Of a DNA stretch of 64,000 nt, positions 20,150 through 31,303 are shown in pieces. Source of the DNA: Bacteroidia bacterium (lineage in GTDB: Bacteria > Bacteroidota > Bacteroidia > Bacteroidales > VadinHA17); NCBI GenBank assembly GCA_026391475.1, contig JAPLED010000123.1:7878-71877 (forward strand), given 5' to 3'. A program made the position numbers and the translations under genes. A model generated the notes under the pieces. It searched no databases. It worked only from the letters and a program-made list of their open reading frames with translations, and had not been told where the DNA came from. Position 1 is the first letter of the stretch; every line of letters begins with the position of its first letter.

Positions 20150-22024
20150 TTATCTACCCAGGTACATTAATAAAATATTCACATCAGAAGGAGACACTCC
20201 GCTAATTCTTCCTGCCTGTCCAATATTGGTGGGCTTTATTCTGTTTAGTTTTTGCCTGCCTTCCGTTGAAATAGACACTAATTCATTATAATCAATATCC
20301 TCAGGTATCTTTAAACTCTCAAGTCTTTTTATTTTATCCGCTACAATTTTTTCTCTTTGAATATATCCCTCATATTTAATCTTGATTTCTGCCGATTCAG
20401 CGATTTCTTTAAATCGTGTTGACTTAACTGCATTAAGTTCAGTGCCCCCTTTTATGAGTTTAAGAAGAGAACCAATTTCCACCTGAGGACGTGATGCGAT
20501 TGTTATTGCTTTAACTTTTTGTGAAATTATATTGGTATCAACCTTTTCAAGAAACATGTTAACATCGTCCGGTCCAACACTCGTCTCTGTAAGAAACTCA
20601 ATAATCTCTTTAATCAATAATTCCTTATCATCCAGTCGTTGAACTCTTCCTATGTCTGCTGTTCCTAATTCGTACGCCTTTCTTGTAAGCCTTTCATCGG
20701 CATTATCCTGCCTTAAAAGTATTCTGTACTCAGCTCTCGATGTAAACATTCTGTATGGCTCATCCACTCCTTTTATTACCAAATCATCAATAAGTACTCC
20801 TATATAGGATTCCTCTCTCCCAAGAATAAACGAATCTATATTTCTAATCTTTAATACTGAGTTAATTCCAGCCATCAGACCTTGTGCCGCGGCCTCCTCA
20901 TAACCAGTTGTTCCATTAATTTGTCCGGCGAAATAAAGATTACTTATTTTCTTTGTCTCAAGTGTATGTTTCAACTGTGTCGGCTGAAAAAAATCATACT
21001 CAATAGCATAACCAGGTCTGAAAATATCTACTTTTCCCAATCCTGGCACTTTTCTCAATGCCTTTAACTGTACCTCTAGCGGTAGACTACTTGAAAACCC
21101 ATTTATATAATATTCAACCGTGTCCAATCCTTCTGGTTCAATAAATAACTGATGTGCATTTCTATGTTTAAAGGTGATTATCTTATCCTCAATACTTGGG
21201 CAGTATCTGGGACCTTTTCCCTTAATCCGGCCGGTGAAAAGAGGACTAAATTCTAAACCTTTTCTTAACTCCTCATGAACCTCTTCATTTGTGTGAGTTA
21301 TATAACAACTTTTCTGCTCCATGATTTTCGCTTCCTCATCGAGATAAGAAAATTTTCGTCCTTCCTCATCTCCTTTTTGTTCGATCATGGCAGAAAAATC
21401 AATTGATCTTCCATCTATTCTTGCGCTTGTGCCGGTTTTCATCCTTTCGACTAAAAATCCAATTTGTTCTAATTGTTCGCTTAAACCTGTTGATGCCTGA
21501 TCACCGGATCTGCCACCTGATATTCTTTTAAACCCTACATGCATTAAGCCATTTAAAAAAGTACCATTTGTCAGAATAACTGCTTTGGCATTAAACCTGG
21601 TCCCAAATGCTGTTTCCACACCAACAACCTTATCCTCTTCCAATAATAATGACTGTGCCTGTTCCTGCCAGATACGAAGATTATCTGTTTGTTCGAGTAC
21701 CTTTCTCCATTCAATTGTAAATCTTTGTCTGTCGCATTGTGCTCTGGGGCTCCACATAGCCGGACCCTTTGACCTGTTAAGCATTCTGAACTGGATCATG
21801 CTTCTGTCAGTAATAATTCCGCTCATCCCTCCCAGCGCATCAATCTCCCTGACAATTTGTCCTTTAGCTATTCCTCCCATTGCCGGATTGCACGACATTT
21901 GAGCAAGTTTAGTCATATCCATTGTTATAAGCAGGGTGTTTGCTCCCATCAGAGCCGCCACATGAGCTGCTTCACAACCTGCATGACCTCCACCTACAAC
22001 AATTATATCGTAACTAAAATCCAT
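20150..22024 (-). CDS. mnmG: tRNA uridine 5-carboxymethylaminomethyl modification enzyme MnmG/GidA
   Basis: GGGHAGCEAA, MSCNPAMGG, GPRYCPSIEDK, AGQINGTTGYEEAAAQG and YRMFTSRAEYR motifs. Confidence 0.98.
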   Translation of the reverse strand: MDFSYDIIVVGGGHAGCEAAHVAALMGANTLLITMDMTKLAQMSCNPAMGGIAKGQIVREIDALGGMSGIITDRSMIQFRMLNRSKGPAMWSPRAQCDRQRFTIEWRKVLEQTDNLRIWQEQAQSLLLEEDKVVGVETAFGTRFNAKAVILTNGTFLNGLMHVGFKRISGGRSGDQASTGLSEQLEQIGFLVERMKTGTSARIDGRSIDFSAMIEQKGDEEGRKFSYLDEEAKIMEQKSCYITHTNEEVHEELRKGLEFSPLFTGRIKGKGPRYCPSIEDKIITFKHRNAHQLFIEPEGLDTVEYYINGFSSSLPLEVQLKALRKVPGLGKVDIFRPGYAIEYDFFQPTQLKHTLETKKISNLYFAGQINGTTGYEEAAAQGLMAGINSVLKIRNIDSFILGREESYIGVLIDDLVIKGVDEPYRMFTSRAEYRILLRQDNADERLTRKAYELGTADIGRVQRLDDKELLIKEIIEFLTETSVGPDDVNMFLEKVDTNIISQKVKAITIASRPQVEIGSLLKLIKGGTELNAVKSTRFKEIAESAEIKIKYEGYIQREKIVADKIKRLESLKIPEDIDYNELVSISTEGRQKLNRIKPTNIGQAGRISGVSPSDVNILLMYLGR

Positions 22025-22028
22025 TTAT

Positions 22029-22448
22029 TCAACTTTCAATTATTTTCAACCATATATCCTCCATTCCCCTTATCTCTGCTCTTTGCTTTTCAGTTTTATC
22101 ATCATATCCCGATAAATGCAAAACCCCATGTATCATAACTCTTAAAAGCTCAATTTTTAAACTAGTTTTATAGTTGATTGCGTTTTTCCCAACAGTTTCT
22201 ATGCTAATATAAATTTCACCATTTATGATATCTCCAATACAATAATCAAAAGTAATAACATCAGTATTGTAATCATGTTCAAGAAACTGAACATTGATTT
22301 TCCTTAAAGTTTCATCCTTGGTAATGATAAAATTAAGATCTCCGGGGGTTTTTCTCTCTTTCTCGATGATCTTTTCAATGATTTTCTCGGCTTTTCTCCA
22401 TCCCTTAAGCCTGAAGCTGGTATCATCATAAAATATCCTAATGCTCAA
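22029..22448 (-). CDS. ybeY: rRNA maturation endoribonuclease YbeY
   Basis: TDVITF and [11 protein letters not shown] motifs; likely TTG start at 22448 overlapping the upstream TGA. Confidence 0.92.
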   Translation of the reverse strand: MSIRIFYDDTSFRLKGWRKAEKIIEKIIEKERKTPGDLNFIITKDETLRKINVQFLEHDYNTDVITFDYCIGDIINGEIYISIETVGKNAINYKTSLKIELLRVMIHGVLHLSGYDDKTEKQRAEIRGMEDIWLKIIES

Positions 22449-22855
22449 GATATGATGTTTTTGAAAATCATAGTTACACAATTTCCCTTTTTACTAAAAA
22501 TAATCTTGTCAGCCAGACGTGACATAAGAAAAACGCCTCTCCCGCTCAATGTTTCTACGTTTTTAGGAGTTGTAGGATCCGGAACTTCGTCAGGACTGAA
22601 TCCCGTACCTTCGTCTGTAACTTTTATTTTAAGCGCATTACTTTTAAAGCCTATTGTTATATAGACAAACTTTTCAGGATCTGAATTATTGCCATGTAAT
22701 ATTGCATTGTTAACTGCTTCAAGAATAGAAACTAAAATCTTTCCATAATTATCCTGTTTGATTCCAATTTCGTTTATAACTTCATCTATTGCATTTTCGA
22801 CAATGCACAGATTGCTTTGCCTGGATTCTATTTTTATTATTTTATTCATGTGCAT
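22445..22855 (-). CDS. HATPase_c / RsbW-like anti-sigma factor family ATP-binding protein
   Basis: [19 protein letters not shown] and GRGVFLM motifs. Confidence 0.85.
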   Translation of the reverse strand: MHMNKIIKIESRQSNLCIVENAIDEVINEIGIKQDNYGKILVSILEAVNNAILHGNNSDPEKFVYITIGFKSNALKIKVTDEGTGFSPDEVPDPTTPKNVETLSGRGVFLMSRLADKIIFSKKGNCVTMIFKNIIS

Positions 22856-22907
22856 TTAAATGCAACCCTTTATACTGAAATAGGCAGTATTTGTTACATA
22901 ATTCATT

Positions 22908-24086
22908 CTAATTTTTTGAAATCCATGATTCCGGATCCAAATATTCTGTCGTAAATATCATAAATTTCAGAGTTGAATTATAACTATCCCCCGGATCAGA
23001 ATATACATCTCCAATGTCTTGTTTTGTGGTAAGTTTATCTCCTTGCTTAACTTTTACATTTACAATATTTGCATAAACTGACAGATATTTCCCATGTCTT
23101 ATTATAACGGTTATATTTGCTCCTGAAATAGGGAACACCTTAACTACTTCTCCCTGAAAAACACTTCTTGCAGTCATCTTACCGGAGCTTGTAATTTCAA
23201 TTCCAATATTATTTTCTGTTACATTCTTTAGAACCGGATGTTTCTGAACTCCAAAATGACTTGTTATTATTCCTTTTTCGACCGGCCATGGTAATCTACC
23301 CTTGTTTTCAGCAAAATTTTCACCTATTAACGTTTGCTCCGGAGTACTATCTGATCTTACTACCTTTTTTCTTTCATCTTCAAGAATTCTGGCAATTTCA
23401 TTTTCAATTCTTTTTGCAATTCTCTTTTTTTCCTCCAAATCCTTTTTTAATTGTTTTTCTTTATTGCTTAGAGATTTAACTATTTGCTTCTTTCTTTCCT
23501 GTTCACTTTGTAGCAGGCTTTTCTGTTGTTCCTCCCTCGACTTTAAATCAGAAATTCTGTATAGATCATTCTGAAGTTTTTCTTTTGAAGTTTCTATCTG
23601 CTCTTTTAACTCTAAAATAATTTCTGATTCTCTTCTTCTGAACTTTGTAATTTGTTGCAAATATTTCAGACGTTTGTAACCCTGGTTAAAATCTTTTGCA
23701 GATAAAATATATACAAGTTCAGGGTTTCCTTTTTGGTATCTATAAGAATTAATGACAGCCTTTGCATAATCGTTCTTTAATTCTACCATATCTTTTCCCA
23801 TTATTTCAATTGCAAGAGCATTGAGTTCAATCCGTTCTGATAATAATGAGATTTCCTTGTCCATTACACGGATCACTGATTCCCGCAGATCAAGTTTTTT
23901 GCCGATTATTTTTATAGCGCTCATGCTTTCTGTCTTTTCCTTTGCTGTTGTTTTCAGCAGGTTATCGACATAAGCTATTTCGTCGAGAGTTTTCTTCCTT
24001 TGCTCCTCCAGTTCTGCCTTCGTTTGTCCTTTCAGACAAGTATAAAAACCGAAAAACATTATTGTTAACAGCACTAAACACTTCAT
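22908..24086 (-). CDS. Murein hydrolase activator, EnvC family (coiled coil plus M23 domain)
   Basis: Long coiled coil followed by KGRLPWPV and a degenerate M23 domain. Confidence 0.85.
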   Translation of the reverse strand: MKCLVLLTIMFFGFYTCLKGQTKAELEEQRKKTLDEIAYVDNLLKTTAKEKTESMSAIKIIGKKLDLRESVIRVMDKEISLLSERIELNALAIEIMGKDMVELKNDYAKAVINSYRYQKGNPELVYILSAKDFNQGYKRLKYLQQITKFRRRESEIILELKEQIETSKEKLQNDLYRISDLKSREEQQKSLLQSEQERKKQIVKSLSNKEKQLKKDLEEKKRIAKRIENEIARILEDERKKVVRSDSTPEQTLIGENFAENKGRLPWPVEKGIITSHFGVQKHPVLKNVTENNIGIEITSSGKMTARSVFQGEVVKVFPISGANITVIIRHGKYLSVYANIVNVKVKQGDKLTTKQDIGDVYSDPGDSYNSTLKFMIFTTEYLDPESWISKN

Positions 24087-24844
24087 AAAAGCCGTATTAA
24101 TTCATATCCTTTTCCCGGGACAAATTCAATTTTTCCACTCCATTGAGACTCTATTTTTTTAATTTTAATGTCCACTGTTGTTTCTCTTTGAAAATCCTTT
24201 ATTTCAATTTTCCCCGGAGATAGAACATTTCCATTTTTAAAAAAATCGCTATATTGAATTTCAATTCCTTCTTCATTCGAATTATTCTCAGGAATAGCTA
24301 AAATGATTTTCCCTTTTTTGCAATCAATAACATACTTTATCTTTATTCCGTCTGTTGTACCGATAATATCCAATTTACCATCTGAACATATTGCCTTATT
24401 ATCAGATAAATTATCTGTAATATAATCTCCAAATATTATCGGCAATACAGAAGTTGTTATACCATACTTGCTTTTTAAATACTGAGTTGAACCATAATAT
24501 TGTTTCCTGTTAATCCTATCATTAATAAGAATTGTATCATCAGATATAAAAATTCTTGCAGCTTCAATTCCTGTTCTGCTTTTAATGCTTATAAGGTATT
24601 TGTCAGGACTTTCAAACTTTATGCTTCCAAGTAATTTTTCTGCACCTTTCTGACTTGAAATTAAAAATTCAGCTTTTTGAATGAAAAAGCTGTTCGATGT
24701 AATATTCTGTTTTTTAATGCTTTCAAACAATTTTTCAGATACTATTGCGTCTGACAATCCATAATTCCTGTTTCTTCCATTCCTAATTACAGAACATCCC
24801 GTACTTAAAATCAACAGAAATAATATGAAATTTATCTTCCGCAA
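24083..24844 (-). CDS. DUF4292-like lipoprotein
   Basis: Lipobox LSTGC; sits in the dut-TPR-DUF4292-envC order typical of Bacteroidota. Confidence 0.7.
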   Translation of the reverse strand: MRKINFILFLLILSTGCSVIRNGRNRNYGLSDAIVSEKLFESIKKQNITSNSFFIQKAEFLISSQKGAEKLLGSIKFESPDKYLISIKSRTGIEAARIFISDDTILINDRINRKQYYGSTQYLKSKYGITTSVLPIIFGDYITDNLSDNKAICSDGKLDIIGTTDGIKIKYVIDCKKGKIILAIPENNSNEEGIEIQYSDFFKNGNVLSPGKIEIKDFQRETTVDIKIKKIESQWSGKIEFVPGKGYELIRLL

Positions 24845-26559
24845 TTCTCAATCTCTTTAATCAAATTGGTTTTTGTGCTATCTATTTTTATCGCAATACT
24901 CCAGTTCTCGATTGCCTTAATGCATTTTTTTTGCTTTTTAAGAATAAAACCATAGTGTTCATACCATTCAGCATCAGGTTTTTCACCACTATTAATAATA
25001 GCCTCCATTATCTTACCGGCCTCATTCAGTTTCCCTCTTTTATACAGGACCCAGGCGTAAGTATCAAGGTATGTCGTATTTCCTTTTTCCTTATCTATAA
25101 CCTTCTTTGCCATCTCTTCAGCCTCTTTAAGCTTCATGTTTTGCTCGGCAAGGTAGTATGCATAATTATTAATGATAGTCATGTCATCCTTATTGGACTT
25201 TATTGCATTCTCAAATATTTCAAACGCTTTTGTATAATCTTTCATCCTGTAATAAACATCTGCTCTCATCGTAAGGACCTGTATTATACTGTCTTTATTA
25301 TCTCCGGCCAGTATTTCAGCTTTTCTTAATTCCTCCAATGCAATCGAATATTTACCATTTTCAAGTGCTCCGTTTGCATATAATACTTTTGCAAGAAATG
25401 ATATATTAAAACGTGTAGCACATTCTTCTCCCTTAATCATTAATTTGTTATAATCTCCCAGCTGAAGATATACTAAGAGTAGTTTCTCCCAGGCAAAATA
25501 ATTCTCAGGTTTCATTTTAATAATCTCTTCCAAACGCAAAGAAGCTTCAATTAATTTTGACTGTTTGATCATTAGTTCTGGCCGAATAAGAGGGATGATA
25601 TCATCTTCTTTGTAATTTGCTTCCAGAACCATAATACTAATTATCAATTCATCTCCTTTATCCTTAATTATTTCAGGCAGTTCAATTAACCGCGCCAATA
25701 ATGAAATCTTATCATCGCGTGTAACCTTGTTGTTAAGAATAACTGTATTTAACAGTAAAAATAATTCATCATACCTCTTTTCCGTAATCAGAAAATCACA
25801 AAGAGAAAGCTGTGTTTGGGGATTGCCGGGGTTTCTTTCCATAAGTTGATCATAAACCTCCAGCGCTTTTTCATTTTGCCCATTACCTCTGTAAATTTCT
25901 GCAAGAAGTCCGCTGTAAAGTAGTTCATCAGGGTATTCCTTGAGCAACAATTGAGCTTTAACAAGTGCTTCATCATATTTTTTTGCGGACATCAGACTTT
26001 TAATCGCAGATAGCGTAGAGCTTTCATTTATTCCATATTTCTTATCAAAAGATTCAAATATTATCTCTGCCTTTTCAAAATTATTGTTTTCAGAGTAAAG
26101 GTTTCCCAATGTTAATTGAAGATTCTCTTTATCAGGGTTATACTTTATTGCTTTTTCATAGTAAATTATCGCACTATCCAAATTTCTTTCCTTATAATAT
26201 ATTCCGGCAAGCATCATCATATACCAAATGTTTTCCTGATCAATTGACAAGGCTTTGACTGCATACTTTTTTCCATTCTTAATATCTCCGGTTGATAGTA
26301 CTATCTGTGCCATCTGATAATACGCAGCATCACTTTCAGAATTTATTTTGATACATTGTTCAAAGTATTTCAGGGCGTCACCCCCGTTACCCATGAGTTT
26401 TTGTTTTATTGCTTCAACATAAACATAATTGAATGCAGCTGCGTCATAATTATTGCCCTGCCTTCCGGTCACCATAGCCGGAATCATTTTCTTTCCGCAA
26501 GAAGAGATAAATATTATCAACAACCCTAGCAAAACAATATAATATCTACTTGCTTTCAT
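24832..26559 (-). CDS. Tetratricopeptide repeat lipoprotein
   Basis: Many TPRs; NNYAYYLA...YLDTYAWVLY; lipobox ISSC. Confidence 0.85.
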   Translation of the reverse strand: MKASRYYIVLLGLLIIFISSCGKKMIPAMVTGRQGNNYDAAAFNYVYVEAIKQKLMGNGGDALKYFEQCIKINSESDAAYYQMAQIVLSTGDIKNGKKYAVKALSIDQENIWYMMMLAGIYYKERNLDSAIIYYEKAIKYNPDKENLQLTLGNLYSENNNFEKAEIIFESFDKKYGINESSTLSAIKSLMSAKKYDEALVKAQLLLKEYPDELLYSGLLAEIYRGNGQNEKALEVYDQLMERNPGNPQTQLSLCDFLITEKRYDELFLLLNTVILNNKVTRDDKISLLARLIELPEIIKDKGDELIISIMVLEANYKEDDIIPLIRPELMIKQSKLIEASLRLEEIIKMKPENYFAWEKLLLVYLQLGDYNKLMIKGEECATRFNISFLAKVLYANGALENGKYSIALEELRKAEILAGDNKDSIIQVLTMRADVYYRMKDYTKAFEIFENAIKSNKDDMTIINNYAYYLAEQNMKLKEAEEMAKKVIDKEKGNTTYLDTYAWVLYKRGKLNEAGKIMEAIINSGEKPDAEWYEHYGFILKKQKKCIKAIENWSIAIKIDSTKTNLIKEIENCGR

Positions 26560-26561
26560 TT

Positions 26562-26996
26562 TTACTCTTTTCCTGTATGACCGAAACCACCAGCACCCCT
26601 TTCTGTTTCTAAAAGACTATCAACCTTTATCCATTCGGCCTTTTTATGCTTTGCTATAACCATCTGGCATATTCTTTCTCCATTCTTAATAACGAAATTC
26701 TCGTTTGAAAAGTTTATAAGAATAATACAAACCTCTCCTCTGTAATCAGCATCAATTGTGCCCGGAGAATTTAATATAGTAACTCCTTTATTTATAGCCA
26801 ACCCGCTTCTGGGTCGTATCTGAGCCTCATAGCCTTCCGGCATTTCAAGAAAAAGTCCGGTTTTAACAATAGCTCTTTCCATTGACTTAAGAATTATTTC
26901 TTCATCAATATTGGCTCTTATGTCCATCCCTGCTGATGCTAACGTGGAATATGAGGGAAGCTGATGTTTTGATTTGTTTATAATCCTGATTATCAT
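26562..26996 (-). CDS. dut: dUTP diphosphatase
   Basis: [26 protein letters not shown] and [10 protein letters not shown] motifs. Confidence 0.97.
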   Translation of the reverse strand: MIIRIINKSKHQLPSYSTLASAGMDIRANIDEEIILKSMERAIVKTGLFLEMPEGYEAQIRPRSGLAINKGVTILNSPGTIDADYRGEVCIILINFSNENFVIKNGERICQMVIAKHKKAEWIKVDSLLETERGAGGFGHTGKE

Positions 26997-28471
26997 AATT
27001 CTCCTTTTCTAAAAAATACTGTCAGTATTTTATCTTTATACTGTGCATATATAACGAAGGCTGTTATAAATAAAGTATTAATAGCCAGCTCTGAAAATAA
27101 ACTGCGATACTTGAAATATCTGCCAAAAATTACCATCCCAATAGCTATTGCAAAGTAAGGTACAAGCCTTTTCATATTATAGTGCACTTTATAATGCTTT
27201 TCTGCAAAGACGAAAGACATAATTATCATAGAAGCATATGAGCCAAGAGTCGCCCATGCTGAGGCCATATACCCGTACTCCGGTATAAAAATAACATTCA
27301 CTAATATCGTAATAACAGCTCCAATTAATGTTATATAAACTGCAAAACGTGTAAGGTCGTTTAATTTGTACCAAATACTATGATTTATATAAATCCCATA
27401 TAAAAGATAAGCCATGCTTATTATCGGTACAACAACAATTGCATCGCGATAGTTTCTTCCTACAATATATTGGATGCCTGATATGTACAAATTTATCCCA
27501 AGAAATACAATTAACATTATAATAACAAAATATTTCATAACAAAAGCGTACGTTTCCTTTGCATCAGAATGCCTGGCCCGCTCAAAAAAGAAAGGTTCCG
27601 CTGCAAATCTGAACATCTGTATAAAAAGGGCCATTAACACAGCAATTTTGTATGCTGCTCCATATTTTCCTACGATTGTCAGGCCTTCTTCTCCTCCAAT
27701 CATTCTTCTTAAAAGAACTTTATCAAGTGCATCATTAATAGATCCGCTTACTCCCGCTAATAAAAGGGGAAATGAATATATGATCATTCTCTTCCACAGC
27801 GATACATCAAAGACAAACTTAATTTTGAAAATAAACGGTATCATCATTAACAATGTTGCCAGGCTTGAAATAAGGTTCGCAACAAAGATATAACCTACCT
27901 TATATTCAGGGTTATAAACCGTCCTGAACCATCCATTGCTTTTATCATAAATTCCTGGTGCAATCTTAAGAAGAAAGAGAACAAGTCCGAGAGTTATAAA
28001 TACATTAATCAGTTTTATAGTGCTAAAAATAATTGGTCTGTTTTCCTTTCTAAGTTTTACAAAAGGTATTGCAGTAAATGCATCAATAGCCAGAATGCCT
28101 GCAAACATTCTGATATAGTCGTGATTATTGCTGTAATTCATTATCGCCGCAACCGGAGTAATGAAAATATTTACCATAACCACAAACAGAATTGATGTTA
28201 TAAAAAGACTAATCAGCGCAGTGCTATAAACTTTTTCAGATTCTTCCTTCTTCTGAACAAATCTGAAAAAACCTGTTTCCATTCCATATGTCAGGATGAC
28301 AAGTAAAAGCACCATCCATGCATATAATTCTGTTACTATTCCATAATCACTTGTCTCTGTGAAGATTCTTGTATAAAATGGTGTCAGGACAGCGTAATGC
28401 AAAAACCTGGGAATAATCGTCCCCATTCCATAAATTACTGTCTGACTCGCAAGTTTTCTGACCTCTTTCAC
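26993..28471 (-). CDS. Polysaccharide/oligosaccharide flippase (MOP superfamily)
   Basis: About 14 TM segments; [12 protein letters not shown] and [10 protein letters not shown] motifs. Confidence 0.8.
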   Translation of the reverse strand: MKEVRKLASQTVIYGMGTIIPRFLHYAVLTPFYTRIFTETSDYGIVTELYAWMVLLLVILTYGMETGFFRFVQKKEESEKVYSTALISLFITSILFVVMVNIFITPVAAIMNYSNNHDYIRMFAGILAIDAFTAIPFVKLRKENRPIIFSTIKLINVFITLGLVLFLLKIAPGIYDKSNGWFRTVYNPEYKVGYIFVANLISSLATLLMMIPFIFKIKFVFDVSLWKRMIIYSFPLLLAGVSGSINDALDKVLLRRMIGGEEGLTIVGKYGAAYKIAVLMALFIQMFRFAAEPFFFERARHSDAKETYAFVMKYFVIIMLIVFLGINLYISGIQYIVGRNYRDAIVVVPIISMAYLLYGIYINHSIWYKLNDLTRFAVYITLIGAVITILVNVIFIPEYGYMASAWATLGSYASMIIMSFVFAEKHYKVHYNMKRLVPYFAIAIGMVIFGRYFKYRSLFSELAINTLFITAFVIYAQYKDKILTVFFRKGEL

Positions 28472-28639
28472 ATAAAATATTTGATGGCAAATATACTCCT
28501 AAAGGGGCAAACCCTGATTTCCCGAATTATTTTTGATGAAAATATCTCAATTTGAAAAACAATATTTTCGTGTATCTTCCAAAGTTAAATATCTTTGCAT
28601 TCAGATTTGCAGAACGTTATTAACCAAATAAGAATTTTC

Positions 28640-29455
28640 ATGAACATCTTTTTTAAGAAAGTGCTGTTGTTTCCGGTTCTTCTGTTAGTTATCTCTTGTA
28701 ATGCTCCCGGAGGTAACGATAATACTATTGTTTCCATCAAAACAACTCTCGGAGATATTAAAATAAAACTATATGATGAAACTCCTCTCCACCGCGATAA
28801 TTTCATAAAGCTCATAAATACAGGTTTTTATGATGGCGTCTCCTTTCACAGGATAATTAAGGACTTTATGATACAAGCCGGAGATCCGGCAACAAAGTCT
28901 GGTTCTGTGACAAATATGCCTGATTCTTTAAATACCTATACAATTCCTGCCGAATTCACAATGCAATATTTTCATAAGAAAGGAGCGCTGGCGGCAGCCC
29001 GTGAGGGTAATGATGTAAATCCGGAGATGAGATCCTCGGGGACTCAATTTTATATCGTACAGGGAATGAAATATAACGATGAAAGTTTGGCATTGGCAGA
29101 GCAGCGCATAAACAATAATATTAAGCAAAGTGTATTCAATAAAATTATAAGGGAGACTGCTGATAGTGCTCGTTTATCGGGAAAAACAATATCAGATAGT
29201 GAAATACAGGAAATTGCTTCATTAAAGATGTTTCAATTCCTTACAAACAACAAAGAATTCAAAATTTCTGAAGAGCAGCGCAATGTTTATAAAAGTATCG
29301 GAGGAGTACCACGGCTTGACGGTACATATACCGTTTTTGGTGAGGTAATTGAAGGATTAGATGTTGTTGATAGAATTGCCTCTGTGAGTACTGACAGCAA
29401 TGACAAACCGGTTAACGATATAAAAATTATCAAAATAAAAATTGTCAGTAAATAA
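28640..29455 (+). CDS. Cyclophilin-type peptidylprolyl isomerase (lipoprotein)
   Basis: TPLHRDNF, FHRIIKDFMIQAGD, SGTQFYIV and LDGTYTVFGEV motifs; ATG at 28640. Confidence 0.92.
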   Translation: MNIFFKKVLLFPVLLLVISCNAPGGNDNTIVSIKTTLGDIKIKLYDETPLHRDNFIKLINTGFYDGVSFHRIIKDFMIQAGDPATKSGSVTNMPDSLNTYTIPAEFTMQYFHKKGALAAAREGNDVNPEMRSSGTQFYIVQGMKYNDESLALAEQRINNNIKQSVFNKIIRETADSARLSGKTISDSEIQEIASLKMFQFLTNNKEFKISEEQRNVYKSIGGVPRLDGTYTVFGEVIEGLDVVDRIASVSTDSNDKPVNDIKIIKIKIVSK

Positions 29456-29484
29456 CTTCGTATTGATTATAAAATAATTTCTTA

Positions 29485-30525
29485 ATGCTTCAAAAAATAT
29501 CGGATCTTTTAAAAGAGGTCTCAACATTATCGGTAAAAAGTCCGGAAGAACTTGAATCTTTCCGTTTGAAATACCTCAGCAAAAAAGGCATAATTTCAGA
29601 TCTTTTTGAAGATTTCAGGAATGTAGTTGTTTCAGAGAAAAAGGAGGTTGGTCAAAAGCTTAATCTATTGAAGCACAATGCACTTGAAAAATATAATTCT
29701 CTTAAATCGGAGTTGCTTACAACAGAAGACATTTCTGAGGCAACAGATCTTTCCCGTCCATCGTTTCCGTTTTCAACTGGTTCGCGTCATCCTATTTCGA
29801 TTGTAAGAAACGAGATAATTGATATTTTTACGCGTATCGGTTTTACAGTTTCCGAGGGTCCGGAAATTGAAGACGACGATCACGTTTTTACAAAACTTAA
29901 CTTTGCTTCCGAGCATCCGGCCAGGGACATGCAGGATACATTTTATATTTCAAGAATCTCATCGGAAGACTCCAGCCCCGAAGATATTTTACTCCGCACT
30001 CATACGTCATCCGTTCAGGTGAGAGTGATGCAAAATCAAAAACCTCCTATACGTACCATTTCTCCCGGAAGGGTCTTCCGCAATGAGGCGATTTCTGCCA
30101 GGGCGCATTGTATCTTTCACCAGGTTGAGGGTTTATACATTGATGAAAATGTTTCGTTTGCCGATCTTAAGCAGACACTGCTATTCTTTGCAAGGGAGAT
30201 GTTTGGAAAAGAAACTGATATCAGGTTAAGACCATCATATTTCCCTTTTACCGAGCCATCGGCAGAAATGGATGTAAATTGCAAAATTTGTGGAGGAAAA
30301 GGTTGTAATGTTTGCAAATATACAGGCTGGCTTGAGATATTGGGTTGTGGCATGGTTCATCCTAATGTGCTGGAAGCATGCAATATTGATAGCCAAAAAT
30401 ATACTGGTTTCGCTTTCGGTATGGGTATTGAAAGGCTTACAATGCTAAAGTACCAGGTTAATGATCTGCGTCTTTATTTTGAAAATGATATGAGGTTTCT
30501 GGATCAATTCAAAACTGCATTTTAG
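29485..30525 (+). CDS. pheS: Phenylalanine-tRNA ligase alpha subunit
   Basis: HPARDMQDTF, LLRTHTS, FHQVEGL, YFPFTEPS and GFAFGMGIERL motifs. Confidence 0.98.
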   Translation: MLQKISDLLKEVSTLSVKSPEELESFRLKYLSKKGIISDLFEDFRNVVVSEKKEVGQKLNLLKHNALEKYNSLKSELLTTEDISEATDLSRPSFPFSTGSRHPISIVRNEIIDIFTRIGFTVSEGPEIEDDDHVFTKLNFASEHPARDMQDTFYISRISSEDSSPEDILLRTHTSSVQVRVMQNQKPPIRTISPGRVFRNEAISARAHCIFHQVEGLYIDENVSFADLKQTLLFFAREMFGKETDIRLRPSYFPFTEPSAEMDVNCKICGGKGCNVCKYTGWLEILGCGMVHPNVLEACNIDSQKYTGFAFGMGIERLTMLKYQVNDLRLYFENDMRFLDQFKTAF

Positions 30526-30586
30526 AAAAATTGAACAATTATAATAAAGGGAATGTTAATCTTTGCATTTTAATTTAAGACAGTAA

Positions 30587-31297
30587 ATGAAACAACAAGA
30601 TATTCATGTCCCGCTGTGTGATAAATGCTCACTTGAATCAAGCTCTATTTTCAAGTATCTGTCACATGAGGAAGTTGAGACTATCAATTTTGAAAAAGAT
30701 TTCCGGCAATATAAGCGTGGGGATATTCTTTACCAGGAGGGTAACCGGATAAGTGGTTTCTTTTGCATTAACAGCGGAATTATTAAAGTATTCAAAACAG
30801 GATTTGACGGAAAAGAACAGATAATCCGTTTTGCCAGGAAGGGGGATATTATTGCATACAGGAGCGTTCTGAGTAATGAATTAGCATGTACATCTGCAAA
30901 AGTTATTGAAGATTGCCAGGTTTGTTTTATTCCTTCTGAAATACTGATTTCATTTATTAAAACAAATCCGGCTTATGCACTCGAATTATTGAAACTTGCC
31001 TGCCATGAATTAGGTGAGGCAAATTCATTTATCACCGATATAGCCCAAAAAACTGTAAGGGAGCGGCTCGCTGAAGTGTTACTGTTTCTGGTTAATGATT
31101 TTGGTCTTGATGATCAGCAATTCCTTAATATATCTCTTACCCGTGAGGAGCTTGCCAACATAGTAGGCACGGCCACAGAATCGGTTATCAGGTTATTATC
31201 TGAATTTAAATCTGACAAGCTGGTTGAGCTTAATGGAAGAAGAATCAAGATCTTAAATACAAAAGGGCTCGAGAAGATCAGTAATGTTTATAATTAA
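30587..31297 (+). CDS. Crp/Fnr family transcriptional regulator
   Basis: cNMP-binding domain plus LTREELANIVGTATESVIRLLS HTH; N-terminal CxxC. Confidence 0.9.
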   Translation: MKQQDIHVPLCDKCSLESSSIFKYLSHEEVETINFEKDFRQYKRGDILYQEGNRISGFFCINSGIIKVFKTGFDGKEQIIRFARKGDIIAYRSVLSNELACTSAKVIEDCQVCFIPSEILISFIKTNPAYALELLKLACHELGEANSFITDIAQKTVRERLAEVLLFLVNDFGLDDQQFLNISLTREELANIVGTATESVIRLLSEFKSDKLVELNGRRIKILNTKGLEKISNVYN

Positions 31298-31303
31298 TTG
31301 GAT

